Shown: piece by piece, positions 43,154 through 57,300 of the stretch
How the letters are laid out: each line of letters starts with the position of its first letter
How positions within the stretch are numbered: the stretch's first letter is position 1
Assembly: GCA_964019335.1 (NCBI GenBank)
Contig: OZ025756.1
Location: 62,001-126,000, forward strand
Source: Diplonema japonicum
Taxonomy: Eukaryota > Protista > Euglenozoa: Diplonemea
Direction of reading: 5' to 3'
DNA length: 64,000 nt
The notes under the pieces: model-generated
Database searches by the model: none
What the model was told of the DNA's origin: nothing
The model's input: only the letters and a program-made list of their open reading frames with translations
Program-made: the position numbers and the translations under genes

Positions 43154-44227
43154 ACAACAACAACAACACCCCAGAATTGCTCTCCGACAAAGAGCTAGAC
43201 TTAGAGTCAAACTCAACAGAACCCCCAGAGTTGTCTTACAACTGTTTTTTCTTTCTTTTTTTTCTTTCTTTTCTTTTTTTTTTTTTTTTTTTTTTCGAAG
43301 TGTGGAAGAAATACAATTTTTTTTTTCTCCTGCAAATGAATTAAAAAAAAAAAAAAAGAAAAAAAAAAAAAAAAAGAAACATTTAAGGGTGCGGTATGTG
43401 GCAGGACGCCTGTAAGAGTCTCAATCTATCTCTTTGATCGAACCTTTCTGCTGTGGTGTGAGGTGGTAAGGACTTCAAGGATGTAGTCCGACGACGAGCA
43501 GACGAACTTGAGACACGCGCTCTCTCTTGGATGTCTCTCTCGCCCCAGGTAGCTCGGATTAAAATTTTGTTTGTATATCGAGGAAGGAACTGGATAACCG
43601 GTAAGTCGCTTGCTTGAACGCCTTTGCTTTTTATCACGGAATAAAGTACAGGAAAAAAAAAAAAAAAAATGAACACAGTTTCAAGAGCCTCTTTGGGGTG
43701 GTATGCACTCCCAGAGTGCCTGTTGGCAAACACTTGTCGTTCGGCTTTATAACCACCAAAAACAGTGCCACAGCGCCCTTCGAAGAATTGGACATCAAAT
43801 CCCTTGCTCCCTCTTCCTTTTTTTTTTTTTGCCACCCGTATCTGAAAAAGAAGAAGGGGGTCTAAAAAACCTGTACCCCCCCCCCCCCACCCCGCCTCTC
43901 GTCAAAGAAAAAAAAAGTAAAAAAAATCCACTCTCCTTCCAACAAAATATAAGAGATAAAGGGAGCAGCTGCCCCAGCAGGAGCGCACCCCTTAGTGGAC
44001 ACTACATAAAAAAAAATAAAATAAAAAAAAAAATAAATCGATACTTTATGTACGAGAAAAGCGCACCTCGGCCGAGCTGTAGCTTCTTCTCGTGCCCTTA
44101 AAGTCGCAACTTGCAATACGTTTCTTCCACTAGGGTGCTACCCGGTGTTGACCGACGAGATATTTCCATGCATCCACCACCACCTTAAACAGAAAAAAAA
44201 AAAAAAAAAGAATTCCGACAATGGTCA

Positions 44228-44258
<31 letters not shown>

Positions 44259-44283
44259 TGTGTGTGTGTTTTCCTGCAAAGGG

Positions 44284-44330
<47 letters not shown>

Positions 44331-44400
44331 GAACCGAACAAAATAATCCCCCCCCCCCCCCCTCACCCCCACACTTAATTTTTTTTTTTCCCCAATATTT

Positions 44401-44919
44401 CTAACCAATGGCAAACCTCTCACCTAGTGCGCTGGTGAAGGCCGCGAACGCCTCTTCATCCACCCAAGTGTCAAAATCCAACGCCAATAAGAAATGCTCT
44501 TCCATGATGTTCATATCCTTCAGTCGTACGCCCCCCACGTTGGCATAGAAGAGGTTGTTGAAGAAAAAATCTTGTCGAGATTTAACGGAAAGAAGGAGTG
44601 CTGTGAGGAACAGCCGGTGGAAGGTGTGCTGGGTGAAGCGAAAAGTAGGCTGGTTGTAAAGAAGTCGGTCAACTAGAATTACAGCAACTATCATGTCTTC
44701 CTTGCTGCAGCCAAAATGTTTTGCTAACCGAATTACATATTTTTCGATGGAAATTGCAGGGACCTTTGCAAGGTAAAACACCGTCCTATGTTCGGTGCCT
44801 GAGACAGAATTCGAGCTAATGAAGCTTTGCAGGACCTCCACCAGACCATTCAGAAAGGGCTCCGCTATCTGCCCGAATACCACTGGGGAAGCCGGATCCG
44901 GTCCGGGTTCTACGGACAT
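44401..44919 (-). CDS. PHO80/P-type (U-class) cyclin
   Basis: VPAISIEKYVIRL, HRLFLTALLLSVK..QD..NN.FYA.VGGV, MNIMEEHFL..LDF. Confidence 0.92.
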   Translation of the reverse strand: MSVEPGPDPASPVVFGQIAEPFLNGLVEVLQSFISSNSVSGTEHRTVFYLAKVPAISIEKYVIRLAKHFGCSKEDMIVAVILVDRLLYNQPTFRFTQHTFHRLFLTALLLSVKSRQDFFFNNLFYANVGGVRLKDMNIMEEHFLLALDFDTWVDEEAFAAFTSALGERFAIG

Positions 44920-45398
44920 TTCTTTTTTTCTTTTTTTTTTTCGCGCCCCCCCACACCCACTCCCCCCCTTTTTTTAGGATTAGATTTGCAGGGAGAAAAT
45001 AAAAAATAAAATAAAATGAGGGGGGGGGGACTTGAGATGAAAATTTTGTGTTAAAAAAAAAAAAAAAGAAAATTAAAAAGAAATATAAAAAATTATGTAA
45101 AGAAAAAAATGAGGGGGGGGGAGGGGAAACGGGGAATAAAAAAAAACTATTTTGAATGAAACTGCTTTTTCTCCGCACCCTTTTTTTTATTATTCACTTT
45201 TTATTTGCAAGGGCAGAGGCGGGGGTGAGGGGGGGGATGGCGGAAGGTACCAGTATAGACACACTTTACTCTCCTGTCGCCTGCATTTCTGCAGAAAGGT
45301 CTCTCTTTTGAGTTTTAGAAGAAAAAAAAAAAAAAAACACTTCGAAAAAAAAAAAAGAAAAAACTTTTTCAATAGAAACCCCCCCCCCCCCCCCCCCC

Positions 45399-48300
45399 CT
45401 AAGCATCGGTTGAAAGCAGTAAAGCGGTCCCACGCTTCACCCAATGTTCGGGTTCGGAGGCTCCGCTCGGCAGGGTGACGGTGACAACGAAAGAAGGCCT
45501 CTCTCTGGTACCCGTCCTGACAGGGTACATGTACACAGGGCAGTTGTACCTCCCTTTAACAACCGTTTTCTTCGCGATAACAGGGCGGAAATGGATGAAG
45601 GGCATCTGTTTAGTCAACGCCATCGGCTCTGGTTCCGACAGCTGCCCGTTAGACCACCCAGCCCCTTCAAGATAAATCCCGCGAATGTACGTACCCTCCT
45701 TCGCACTCTGTGTGATGGTGGTCGTTTCAGTGTCGAGAACTGTAAATTCCCAAGAAAGCTGATCGATAGAAATCCCAGTTCTTCTACTGTGGGCTTGTTG
45801 TAAGGCTTTGAGGAATCCAGTTGGGTATGTGAACCCGGACAGCCAAAACACCTTAGGTGTACCCCTTCCCCACTGCATCATCTGATCAATTCTAAGCTTC
45901 AAATCGTCAAACCACGAGCTGAGCGGTTTTAATGTTGGGTAGTGTTTTTCCCATGGCTCGGGGACTTTGTTGAAAAGCAAGGCTTGGAAGACGAGATCAA
46001 GGTGTTCGTTCATGATGATCAGGCCGGAGACGCCCTTCTTGACCTCATTGAGGCTGTGTGTGATCTCATTAAGGAGTATGTTGTATCGTTGAATTTCTTG
46101 GAAGAGGCAGGTTGTAAGCGCATCGACGTCCTCTTCTTCCTTCGCTTCTTCAATTGCTTGCAGATCGATGATTTCGGGTACAGAAGCTTCAAGTTGATCG
46201 ACGAGGCCGAGAACAACTCTTTCCACGCTGACACTGGAATCACCTCCGCTGCTTCCGCCTGAGAGTTTTACAAGCAGCGTCGCGTTAAGTGTTAACAAGC
46301 ATTCTATCAAATCGTTCGAGCGAATGATCTGCGACATAATATCAGCGTTTGTGTGTTGTCCGAACGCGGCGGGGGAATCCTCTCCGGGAAGCCCATTCAC
46401 AAATTCTTTAAACGACCCGAGCGTTCCGTCCACCGACGGGATGTAATATTGTTGATCTGTGCTAAGCTTGTATTGCGGTTGCAGAACCGCATCAATGTTC
46501 ATGTAATGGCATATGTATGTTTGTAAAGTCCGGCGGTCCCAGTCATCGGTGACCCTGCCTCCGTATGACGCATCACAGATTAAGAACCGAATTGTCTGCA
46601 ACGGGATGGACGTTGCGAGGGGTTCCTCCATCTCGTTTATGTACAGCGACAGAATCGCCTCCGAGACCTGGAAATCACTGTCGTTGAAGTCGTACGCCGG
46701 GTCCACGTTGTACCCCAACGACCCGAATTTTTTCCTTTCCAACAGAATCGCGTGGAAGAAACACAATGAGAACAACAACGGTCTGTAGTAGTTCCGGAAG
46801 ACAGCCTTGGTGAACTGTTCCTCTGTGATAAGGTTGAAGAGTCGTGTCAGGTTTGAACGAAGCCCTGTTGGGGGCTCGGTGGTCATTTTAATCGCTTTCT
46901 GAAGGATCCCGATGGGGAACAGTGGGTGCGGGATGGAGCTAAGCCACAGCCTGAAGTTCTCGTTCGGTTTCTGCGATGGGAGGTCGTCGATGATCTTCTC
47001 TAACGTGGGAAGCCACTTCAACATTAAATGACAGTTCTGCAGGAAAACCCAGCCGCCTTGCTTCGCTTGCTCGTGGATCATCCTTGTTGCCGTTGACGCC
47101 TGTCCTTGTCCCAACGCGAGGGCTTTTAACAGCCTTCCTTGCTTTTCAGCAAGGCCGCGAAGCTGATCCATTGGATCAACACCAGGGCTCAACACAAATA
47201 CTAGAGGGAGCGTGCTGGCGGAGTCACGGTACACCGACGTCAAGTTGAAAGGCGGCGGTTCGATAAACTTCTTGTCAAGATTTTCCTCGATAAAGTTTCG
47301 GACCATCTGCACTACCCTGTCAGGGCGGACGCAGCGTACAATGATCATCTTTTGAAGCATGGTTTTTGTGTTGCCGGAGCCGAGCCATTCTCCAACTGCT
47401 CCGGGCCATTCTCCAGACCCATCTTCAGGCTGCCTTGGATCGTCGGGAAGCGGATGCATATACCAACGTTTCCAGTCAGACGGTGCTTGTTCAAATGACG
47501 CAACAATACCGTGGAAGGCGACAAGCTTGTCGAGTTCGACAACATTGTCCCAAGCCTTTTCTTCGAGCCAGTCCTCAGCAGGGTTTGGCTGTCTTGACTC
47601 TTTGTCCAAGACAGTTCCTCCTTTGATGAAGAAAGCGTATTCCTCGGCAGGGAAGTCTTTATCCGCGTTGCCGCGTCTCAACAAGATCGACGCCGTCATG
47701 TGGAACGAAAACAACAGTTTGTGTCGTTCGAAAAGCGCTCTGCAGGTGTTGTCATAAACACATCTTGTGTGCCAGTCGTTTAACAGCTTGACACGGTTCG
47801 CTACAGGTTCAGAGCGGCCGTGTATACCATGCACTTCGGCAGAGCCTTTGATGGACCTCTCGAACAGCATAACGTAGGCATCCAGAGCAAATTGATACAT
47901 ATTGTCGATAAAGCACAGGTCGCACAGAACGAAGTACAGTATAGAGGCACGCTGCGCGCATTCTCGGTATTGTTCCCTGGCTTCTTTGATGCGTTCGGCG
48001 GTGACTTCGCCTTCCTTCAGCTTCTGCGCAATCTCTAGAGCGGTTTGTTTGGAAGACTGCAGCGTGTCGATCAGATTCACATCGTCAAGAAGCGAGTCGT
48101 CGGCTTCGCTCAACAGTTTTAGGATTTTGTCTTCCAGTTCCTTTTCTTTTCGTTTGTACTCTGCGGTGGAGACGACCAGCTCGTCGTTCTGCTCCTCAAG
48201 GTCTTTCTGCTCCCTCGCCACCACGATTTTGAGAAGCTGTTCCTCCAAACCCTTATCCTTCACAGCACAGTTCACCAATGTCACCTTCGTGCAGATCTCC

Positions 48301-51300
48301 GGACTGTAATGCGGTGACGCGTTCTTTGTTGTAATGTACAACCTGAATTTATCGTTGTAATCAACGGTATTATCACCGATTTTGATGACGAACCGAGTGC
48401 CTTGCTTCACGATTGCCCTGCTGAGTATAGAGTCTAGTGAAGGGTCTAGGCTTTCCGAAACGTCTTGGAGCAAAACTGGGGAACCGAATTGCACCGCATG
48501 CTCGATAGTGCGGAGGAAGTCGGCTTGCTTTAAATCGATGACCTTGAGGCCCTTGTCCTTCTCCATGTTCTTGATCCATTTGTTGGCTTGGCCCTGGGGG
48601 TCGATCATCAACGGCCAACGTTCCCCGCGCATGACCAGTACACCATTGACGATGGAGAAGTCATCGCCGGGAAGGCCTTGAAGTTCCCACTCTCGGATTT
48701 CCGTCGGCTCCGCGTAGAAGTCGATGAATGAGAAGCTCTTCGACATTGGGATCGATGAAGTGTCCTTCTTCTGCGCGGCGCCCTTTTTCCAATCGAATTG
48801 CAGTTCTTCACGGAATTCTCCTGTAAACGGGCCGATGTAGGATAGTATACCCGATGCCAGCATGCTGTCTCCGATTAGGTTTTCGATTCCGAGTTCGTAA
48901 GTCTTTGTGCTGTTCGTCCATCTCTCGCGTTCAGAGCCCAGTCCGGAAACAAGTTGCTCCGCTCTTTTAAGTTTCGCTTCGGTCTGCTCGGCTTCTTGCT
49001 GCAAACGGTTCTTCTCGTCGAGGCGTTCGTTCATCTGCGCCTCGAGCCCGGCCACCTTCTCGTTCATTTCGTTGAGCTGCTCCACTGCTGAACTGAGCAT
49101 CTCCTCCTTCTTTTGCAGTTCGGACTGCGCCTTTTGCAGGCGGAGCTTTTTCGGTAGAACGTCCTTGTTGATCAAACCAAATCGGTGCATAGCGACGACC
49201 CACATGCACAGGCCCTTCGCAGCCTTGGACACCTTTCCGACCAAGTCTGGTTTGAATGAAGGGTTGTTCGTGAACTTGGCGATGGCACCGAGAAGCCTGT
49301 CTGTCAGCTGCTCCTTGTCGTATTCTAGAAGCTGGCGGAGGAACTGCGGGTCCGCCATGGTTTTCTTCGCCTCTTCCCAGGACGTTCCTCTTCGAAGGAC
49401 GGTCTGCACGGCTGACATGCAAGTCTGCACGGCCTCGGGTGGTTTGTTGTACGCTTTCATCTCGTTGATGTCGCTTTTGTCCAACGTCTTCAACGCTTCT
49501 TCGGCCATCAAAAGATCAGGAAGCGCCTTGTCCAGATCTGCCTGCGCTTCCATGGCGATCTGGTTGGTCTGGTCCTTCTCCCGACCGATTTTCGTTTTGT
49601 CGTGTTCGACCTGTGCGCGGCGTTCGTCGGCTTGTTTCTTCTCCTGCGTGATGACGCGCATCATCGCCTCGCAGTCAGTGCTCTTCTGGTCCAGATCGCG
49701 ACGGAATACCTGCAGCGCATCGGACATTTGGCTGACTTTTTGTTCCGTGTCGTCGAGCTTCAAGATACCGTTCACAAGCTTTTCACGCTGCGCGCCCAGG
49801 AACTGTCGTTTTTGTGTCAGCAGTTTGGTGTACCCGCTGACAAGCTCAAGGTAGTTCGTCGGGGTGACGTAGTTGTACCTTTTCAGATCGGCTGCCATGG
49901 CGTGCGACGCTTTGTGGACCGAGGAGTGCATCAGGACGAACATGTCTGCAACGCTGTCGGTTCGCTCAGGTGTGCCCAGCTCGACATCTTGGATAAACCT
50001 CTTGGCGACCTCCTTCAAAGCTTCGTCGGGCCATTCAAGGAACCAGTCGATCGTTGTGCAGGATATCAACGCGGGGAACATCCGCAGCCTGATCCTGAAC
50101 GACTCGCCAACCGGTGAGAGGCAGATCACCAGGTGAAGGTTCGCCCTAGCACGCTCGACGAAGAACTGGAAGAAACCATCACCTGCCTCGGTGTACCCCG
50201 CGTCGGTGGCGTCCTTGCGAACCTCGTCACGGATCATCTGCTTCTCGTCGTTGGCGAAGAGGTTGGGCACCTCACCCGACGAGAGCATATTGTTGATGTC
50301 CTCCACGAAAGAAGGCTCCGCGATCTGCGTGTCGGAAAAGACGAACACGCGGTTCTGCTTTCGTATCCCGCAGGACTGGTACAGCTTCTTGAGATCTTCG
50401 TGGAACTCGTTGCTCCGGTAGTTCTTCGTTATGTCGATTGAGAAGGTCGTGTAACCTGCTAGGTAAGACGCCATTCTCGTCGTGGACTTCCTCCCGCTCC
50501 CACCCACACCCACCAACAGTGCGTTCCCACGTGGTTGTCTGATGATACGGTTGATGTGGCATATATGTTCGATCGCATCTGTGAAGAAAACAAGTTTCAT
50601 CGATCTGGAACCCGGTTCCTCGTTGTGTTCTTGCAGACGTTCCTCAAGCTTCATTTTCAAGAACGCGAAGTCCGGGACCTCCTTGTACATCGCGTTCTCG
50701 TCGAACTCCCCTTCAATGAAATCGACGAAAACAGGGTTTCGACCGTCCTTCATGAGACTCTTCCACTTCGCCGCGTAGACCGATTCCAGTTTGAGCTCCA
50801 GCTGGGCCTTGAACCATTGCCTGTCTTCCTTATTGTTCATCCGGTCTTGGAACACACGTTGGCATTCGTGGAGCCAAAGGATGATCATTCCGTCACGACC
50901 GGTGAGCGAAGAATGATGGGCTTGGTTGATACCTTGAAAGACCTTGCTCAGATCCCGGAGGTTGAACATATAATGGGACTTGGACGGTATGGGTCTGGTC
51001 TGCGGGTCGGTGGTCACAATGCGGTAGATCTGCTGGGTCGACTTCACAATGTCGTCTATCATCTGCACGAACTCCTCGTAGGGGCCCAGGGCGAAGTTCA
51101 GAATGTTCGAGAAGATCTGGTGGATTGTGGTATCGGAAGGGAACGTGATGTTGATACAAATCACTCGAGACATGAATCGCGATGAGATATCGGGCCGTCC
51201 GAACGTCATGTTGCACAGCAATTGTAGATCGTTGATGGTCCTCCTCGACTGCGTGCCTCGGTCGTACCAGAAGTTGTTGTCCATCCACAGACGAAGAAGC

Positions 51301-54300
51301 TCTAGTGGAGGTTGAGATCCGAATTTGTCCTTTGCTGGCATGTTCAGATCCTCGATGAGGCACACCAGTCTCTTTCCGTTCGGTGCGGTGTAGTTTTTTT
51401 TCGACTTCTTGTCCATCTTGCCCTCCACGATGTCTTGAACATTCTGGCTCGACGTCTGCGCCGAGAAGTTCATCATCATCAACGCAAACTGCTGCGTCGG
51501 AAGCTGGTTCAGCAAGTGGTTTGCCACAACCGACTTCCCTGTCCCGGTGTTCCCCGTCAGGATAACATGCTTCTTCGTGCGGACAAGATGCGACACCAAC
51601 CACGAATACCTAACGGTATCTACAGTAGGAACGATAAGCCTGAAATACGTTGTGTCTGGTTCAGGGTTGAACGGGGTAACCTTCTCCTCCCACGACCTCC
51701 ATTGGTGTGTCTTCAAATCGACGAAGTACTCGTAGGCCGTGCCCGATGAAGGGAACGATGTGTCGAGGTCCCTCACAAAGCCGACGTCGAACAAGGGACG
51801 GCTCTCATCACGAAGCGACCCACCGACGGACCACAGGAGCGAGAATACCCATAGCATTGCAATGTCCTTCTGGTAAATCTCTGCTGCGGTTGCAGGATCG
51901 CCGCCTCCTTTAGTGTCAAGCCCTCCTTCAGCGGACGCGACCGCGTTGAAAATGTGGGTTAACGACCGGACGGTGTTGATCTCAGATGTCACGAAGAGTT
52001 CTTTCAGCTCCCTCTGCCGGAAGTCGAGGCCACGCTGGAGGTGGGTGTCGAAAAGCTCCGTCAAGACCTTCATGGTCCCGTCGGGTTTGGGTGTGTTGCA
52101 CTGGACTTCAATGTCGCGCCGTTCCTTCATCCATGTTGAGAGGTACGGCTTCCATGTTAGGTCGCAGTAGTTGAAAAACACAATGCCGCATCGGGATACG
52201 GTAGCAGGCGAGGCCTGGGAGAGGTCTGCGACCTCGAAAAGGATCGTGATCTGCGGGGTCAGGGAGATCCTATCGCCGTTGATGAGCGTCAACATCTTAT
52301 TGTCGTCTAGCACTGTGTTCATGGACTCGATCCACTTTGTGTCGACAGGCCCGTCGAAAAGCATCCATTTCTTTTCCGGTGTGTCTTGCGAACAGATCTG
52401 CTTCATGATCGACGACACAATTCCGTCCTTCCACTCTCTAGACGCCAGGTTGTAGGAACCGTAGAGCTCGTCCATCGTGACGGACTTCGGGTTCAGAATT
52501 TGGATTTTCACCGGTTCCCATCCTTCTCTGCCCAGGTCTTTAAGCCGTTTGTGCGCGGCCGCCAATGTCTGCCACACAACGGATTTTCCGGAACCTGTTT
52601 CGCCAACCGTCATCACGCCGTGCCGTGTGTTCATTGTGTCGTAAAGGTGCAGAACCTTTGTTAAGATGTGCGGGACAACCTGCAGGCCTTTTTCCAACAA
52701 AGCAGCGCTAGATTCGTCGCTGAGTTCATCGAGCCCTGCTTCGTCGGGTTCCACCTCGGGGAATAGGTCCTGAAGCATTCCCAAGAACAACGGAACGTCT
52801 TCCTTCACGAACTTCGGGAGGTTCATGTCCGAGCAGGCCTTCAGGCAAAGCTGCGGCTCTGTGACTGTGGACTTCACCGAGTTCAACGCCTCACGCTTGA
52901 GCTTACCGGCTTGGACGAGCACGGCCTTGATGTTCCTCAGAGAACAGTCGTAGTGATTCTGCTTCGAAAGCTGCTTGTCCATCAAGTCGTACAAAAGTGT
53001 CACCTTGTGGCCGAGAACGCGAGAGTCCGTGAACCCGCAGGAGAGAAGCGTGATCTCACAGATCAAAGCAAAATCGGGGACCATCATAGAGATGGGGCGA
53101 AGGAGTGCTTTAAGATTGTCAGGGAGTTCTGACCGTCCTGCGTAACCCTTCCCAGAAGGGTTCATCGTGACGAAGATACCGACGTTGAGGTTCAGCGGGA
53201 TGTCGAAATTTTCGAAGATGAAGTGCGACTTCTTCTCCTTAACAGCGGAGAGGATGCACAGGATCTGCTGCGCAACGACGGAGAGCACCTCGACCTCAAT
53301 ACGGTTGAACTCGTCAAAGCATGACCATGCGCCCGTCTGCGCAAGACCGCTGAACATCCTCCCCATCGATTGGTAGTCCAAACCGTCTGAGCAGTTGAAT
53401 ACAATCACGTACTTGGCGATCCCTTTACCGAGGTCCTTAACCGTTTCTGTTTTCCCTGTGCCGGCTGGGCCTTGGGGGAGGCCTCCTCTTTGAAGTTGCA
53501 AAGCTGTCGTCAACGTCATGTAAGCTCTGTCGGTAAGTGCTGTCACAACTAACCTCCCGTTGTTGCCCTCGTACTCGTAGTCGTACCACACTGAAGCAGA
53601 CGCCATTCGGATCTGAGCAAGCTTCCCTTCTTTTTCATCTTCGACCCAATAGAAACGCAGCTGTGACGTCCATGCAAAGTCAGTCGGTGTGGCGATCTTC
53701 TTTGAGTATAAATTGTCAAGGATGTCTCGGTTATGGACTTCGATGGTGATGAGAGAAACAAGCTTGTTCCGCGTCAACCTGTCGAGCTTGCTCTTGACGA
53801 TGGTGGTGTATCTTTTAATGTTGTTCTTCCATTTCCTGAGCAGTTTTTTCACCGGGTTGTCCTTGCCGGAGGAAGGCGCGCCCGATTGAAGTTCTCTGAG
53901 TGACTTGTCGACCTCCCCCGTCCAGCTCAAAGACGCTGATGTGATCAGAAGCTGGCCGTAGTGATTATGAACCCACGGGCTGGGGTCAGCTTTTTGTTTG
54001 ATCTGCTTGAGGCTGTCGTAAGTCTGCCACAGCGCTCTTTTCAATGTAGCGCGCATTGCGTCCTCGACCTTGCCCAGCCAGTGCTCCACGGGTTCGCCTT
54101 CTACCTGCACGGGGGATATGAAATCCACGGCCTCGCCTCCCGGTTCCATCATTTTCTTGGCCACGATGCCTGACCCTTTTCGGGTGGACTCTCCGAACTC
54201 AAGGTTGTGCACACCCTCGAAGCATTTCTTAAGATGCGGGAGGACTTTCCTCGGCTCTCTTGAGTGCCCAAGGATCTCCAACAAATCGTCATTCGACAGG

Positions 54301-57300
54301 AAGTAGAACCTGGGGAACACGCGGCGCCTGTCCTCGAGATAGTCCTCCAACTGTTTTTGGATCTTCTCGAGTTTTTTGAGCATCTCGTTCAACGAATCCA
54401 GCAAACCCTCTCGTTTTGTAGTTCCCCTGCAGACGTTAGGATCTTGGTTCAGGCGGGACATGATGGTGTTCCACTGCGCGTTGATGGCTATGAACATTGA
54501 CGTTTCGGTGGGGAGCTTCTTCTGGATGTCCTCCGATCCGATGAAAATGTTCTCGAGGTACATCCACTTTGTCTGGACCTGGAGCAGCGCTTCGATGGTG
54601 TCGGAGATGATGGAAAGGTTCTGTTCCCAGAACTGTACCTCTGCTGCAAACGCTGCCACGTACCTCGAGACCTTCATGTTGGACATGGTTGCCAGCTGGT
54701 CTTCTAGTAGCTGCGTGATTTCATCAGTGGATATGATTTTGTAGTACTCCTTGCGGTATGGTTCTATTTTGAAGGTTGTGGTGTCCCACGCTGTTTTGAC
54801 CTTTGCGATGGAACGTTCGATGGCCTGTTCTTGTGTCGCGGAGTTCGAGAGATTTTCGATGAACTCGGGGAATTTGTTTAGGTTTAGCTTGTCAACCTTA
54901 TTCAGGGTGAAATCGTTTCCCCAAGGGTCAAATTTCTCGTCGACTTCGTCCATCAGCTGCTCCCAGTGACGCGGGCGCATTGCATTGTTGCGAAGGTGTG
55001 TCAAAAGCGGAACGGTTTTTCGAAACTTATCAACGTCTGCTTTCAACGCCGTCCAGACTCCTTTCTTTTCAAGTTGTTTACGCATCCCGCCGATTTGCCG
55101 GTTGTACTTCTGCAGCTCGTCGTTTATATCATCGAGCTGAAGCTGTTGAAATTGTTCTACCTTCCATTCGTTCCACTGGTTGTGCCATTCCTCCGTGAGC
55201 TTCCACACACCTTGCAGGGTTTGCAGCTCGTTGTTCAGATTCTTCAGATCCTGCACGGGGGGGCGTTCCAGCTTGAAGATTTCCATTCCCTGCCGAAGCT
55301 GGGATTCTTTGTCCTTCTTCTCGGACAGCTTGGTTCGATATTCCTCGAGGGTTTTGAACGCTTCCGTCGCGTTGACCGTTCCATCATACGGCCCTTTCCC
55401 GGCGAACTCGTCGAATAGAGCTGTTGAGGACTTGTCGAACACCTTGATCTCTTGTTCGAGGTCCTGTTTGAACTTATCTTTTTCTTTGTCGAGTTTTTTT
55501 CTGGAGTCCTGGACGCACTTCTTGAAAGATTCCCATGCGTCGTCAAGTCCGGCCAAACGGCTGCCCTCGAGATCGGGGAACGAGACCTCGTACTTCTCTA
55601 ACAGGCCGTACTGTTCCTTGAGGGGTTTGAAACGCGCTTCGGTCTGCGTTTCCTCGGACTTTAACTTCTGAACCGTGGCGAGCTGTTCACCCAGCATGTC
55701 GAGGCCGGAAGGTTGAGCTTGGATCCGTTTCTTGTTCGCAGCGAAGTGGTCGTACAAAGCAGTTAGCTCTTGGTTCGCCATGCTGTTCAAAAGGGTGTAG
55801 AACTTGCTCATCCACTCGGCGCAGTGCTTGTTCAACGTTGCTTTGAGCGGGAGGCACTCCACCTTGATGAACTTTATCGTCGTTGTCGTTTCTTCGTTTT
55901 GGATCAGGCTGACCTGATCTTTGTACTTTTGAATTTCTTGATCGAACTGCCACATCTCACGTTTCCCTTTTGCGAACCTCCTGGTGTACGCGTCCTTGTC
56001 GAGCGTGTGCACCTGGTTGTACTTTTCCCATCGGAGGAATAAGTACTTCGTCACGTCCTCTTGGATCGTGGACATCCCCGTCATGATTTGCACCATAACC
56101 TTCAGGATTTCATTGTCGTGTGAAATGACCTCGTAGTAGCTGTCAGCGTGGGTGGCTTGCTGTTCCTCCTCGGCAATGTCCTGGTAGTTCAAAGCCTGTT
56201 CAAGACGTGGGATAACGTTGATGACGGTAATGAGATCTTTCGACACATTGTTGATCATTTGGGAAAGCTGCAGAATCGTCGGTTGTAGTTCCGGTCTAGT
56301 GCCCTCCAACACAACGGATACTTGGAAGAGCTGTCCCGGGTCGCCGGACTTCGAGTCCCCAATGATGGCCCTTGCGATTTCTTGCAGCGAACCACGAACC
56401 GTTTTTCTTAGGGCGTCGTCGATGTCCTTCTCCACCTTGTCGACAAAAAGACCCCATTCACGTTTGACCTCTGCAGAGGTGAGGTAGTCCTTCTTGAAAT
56501 CTTCGAAGACGATGTTCATTGTCTTCACGATCTGTTCGTGGGTCGCCTGCAGCTTCGTGCGGACTGTCTCGCGGTGTTGCTTCTGAGCCTTTTCAAACTC
56601 GTGCATCGGGTAGGTATGCTTCCTTTGAATCTTCACCAGCAGTGTCGAAGCGATGATCGCGCAGTTTGCCTTGATGGACTGAACGGACGTCTTGAAGGTG
56701 TCCACAACCTTTTGGATCTGCCCCGCGTACTTTGCACAGTCGCGGACGAAGTATTCCACGATACCCTTTGAAGACCACAGTAGCTTTGACATCCCTGGGG
56801 AGTACTTCGAGTCGAGGAATGCGATCCTCTCCGCAAACAGCCGCCTCTCCTCTGTCGTGAGGGACAGGACGATGTGATTGTACGCTCTGACCGACACGCA
56901 AACGTTTTCACGGAAGATTCTTAAGCGTTCTTCACGCAGCTGTACGTCTTGAACGGTAGGCGGAACGGTCATGCCAAGCCCGGCGGGAGACTGTCTCGTC
57001 CAGTATCTGATCTCTTCAAGCAGCTTCAAGAGCTCCGGGGAGAAGTTGCACTCGAAGACCAATACTGAGTTCTCGTCGTCCTGCACACGCGTGATGAGCG
57101 AGATGTCCAGGTACTGCATCAGCGTATCACGGAGGCTCTCTACCTTTTCCTTCCACTCGTTGAACGTGGTCTGAATGTACTGTTCTAGAGCGGATGTGAG
57201 GGTTCTGTATGCAGGGAAGGCTTCTTCCCGCTGGGCAAGCTTCGACGGAACATAGTGACATGTTGATAGGAGTTTGTAATGGGTGTCGATTCGAGTTTTG

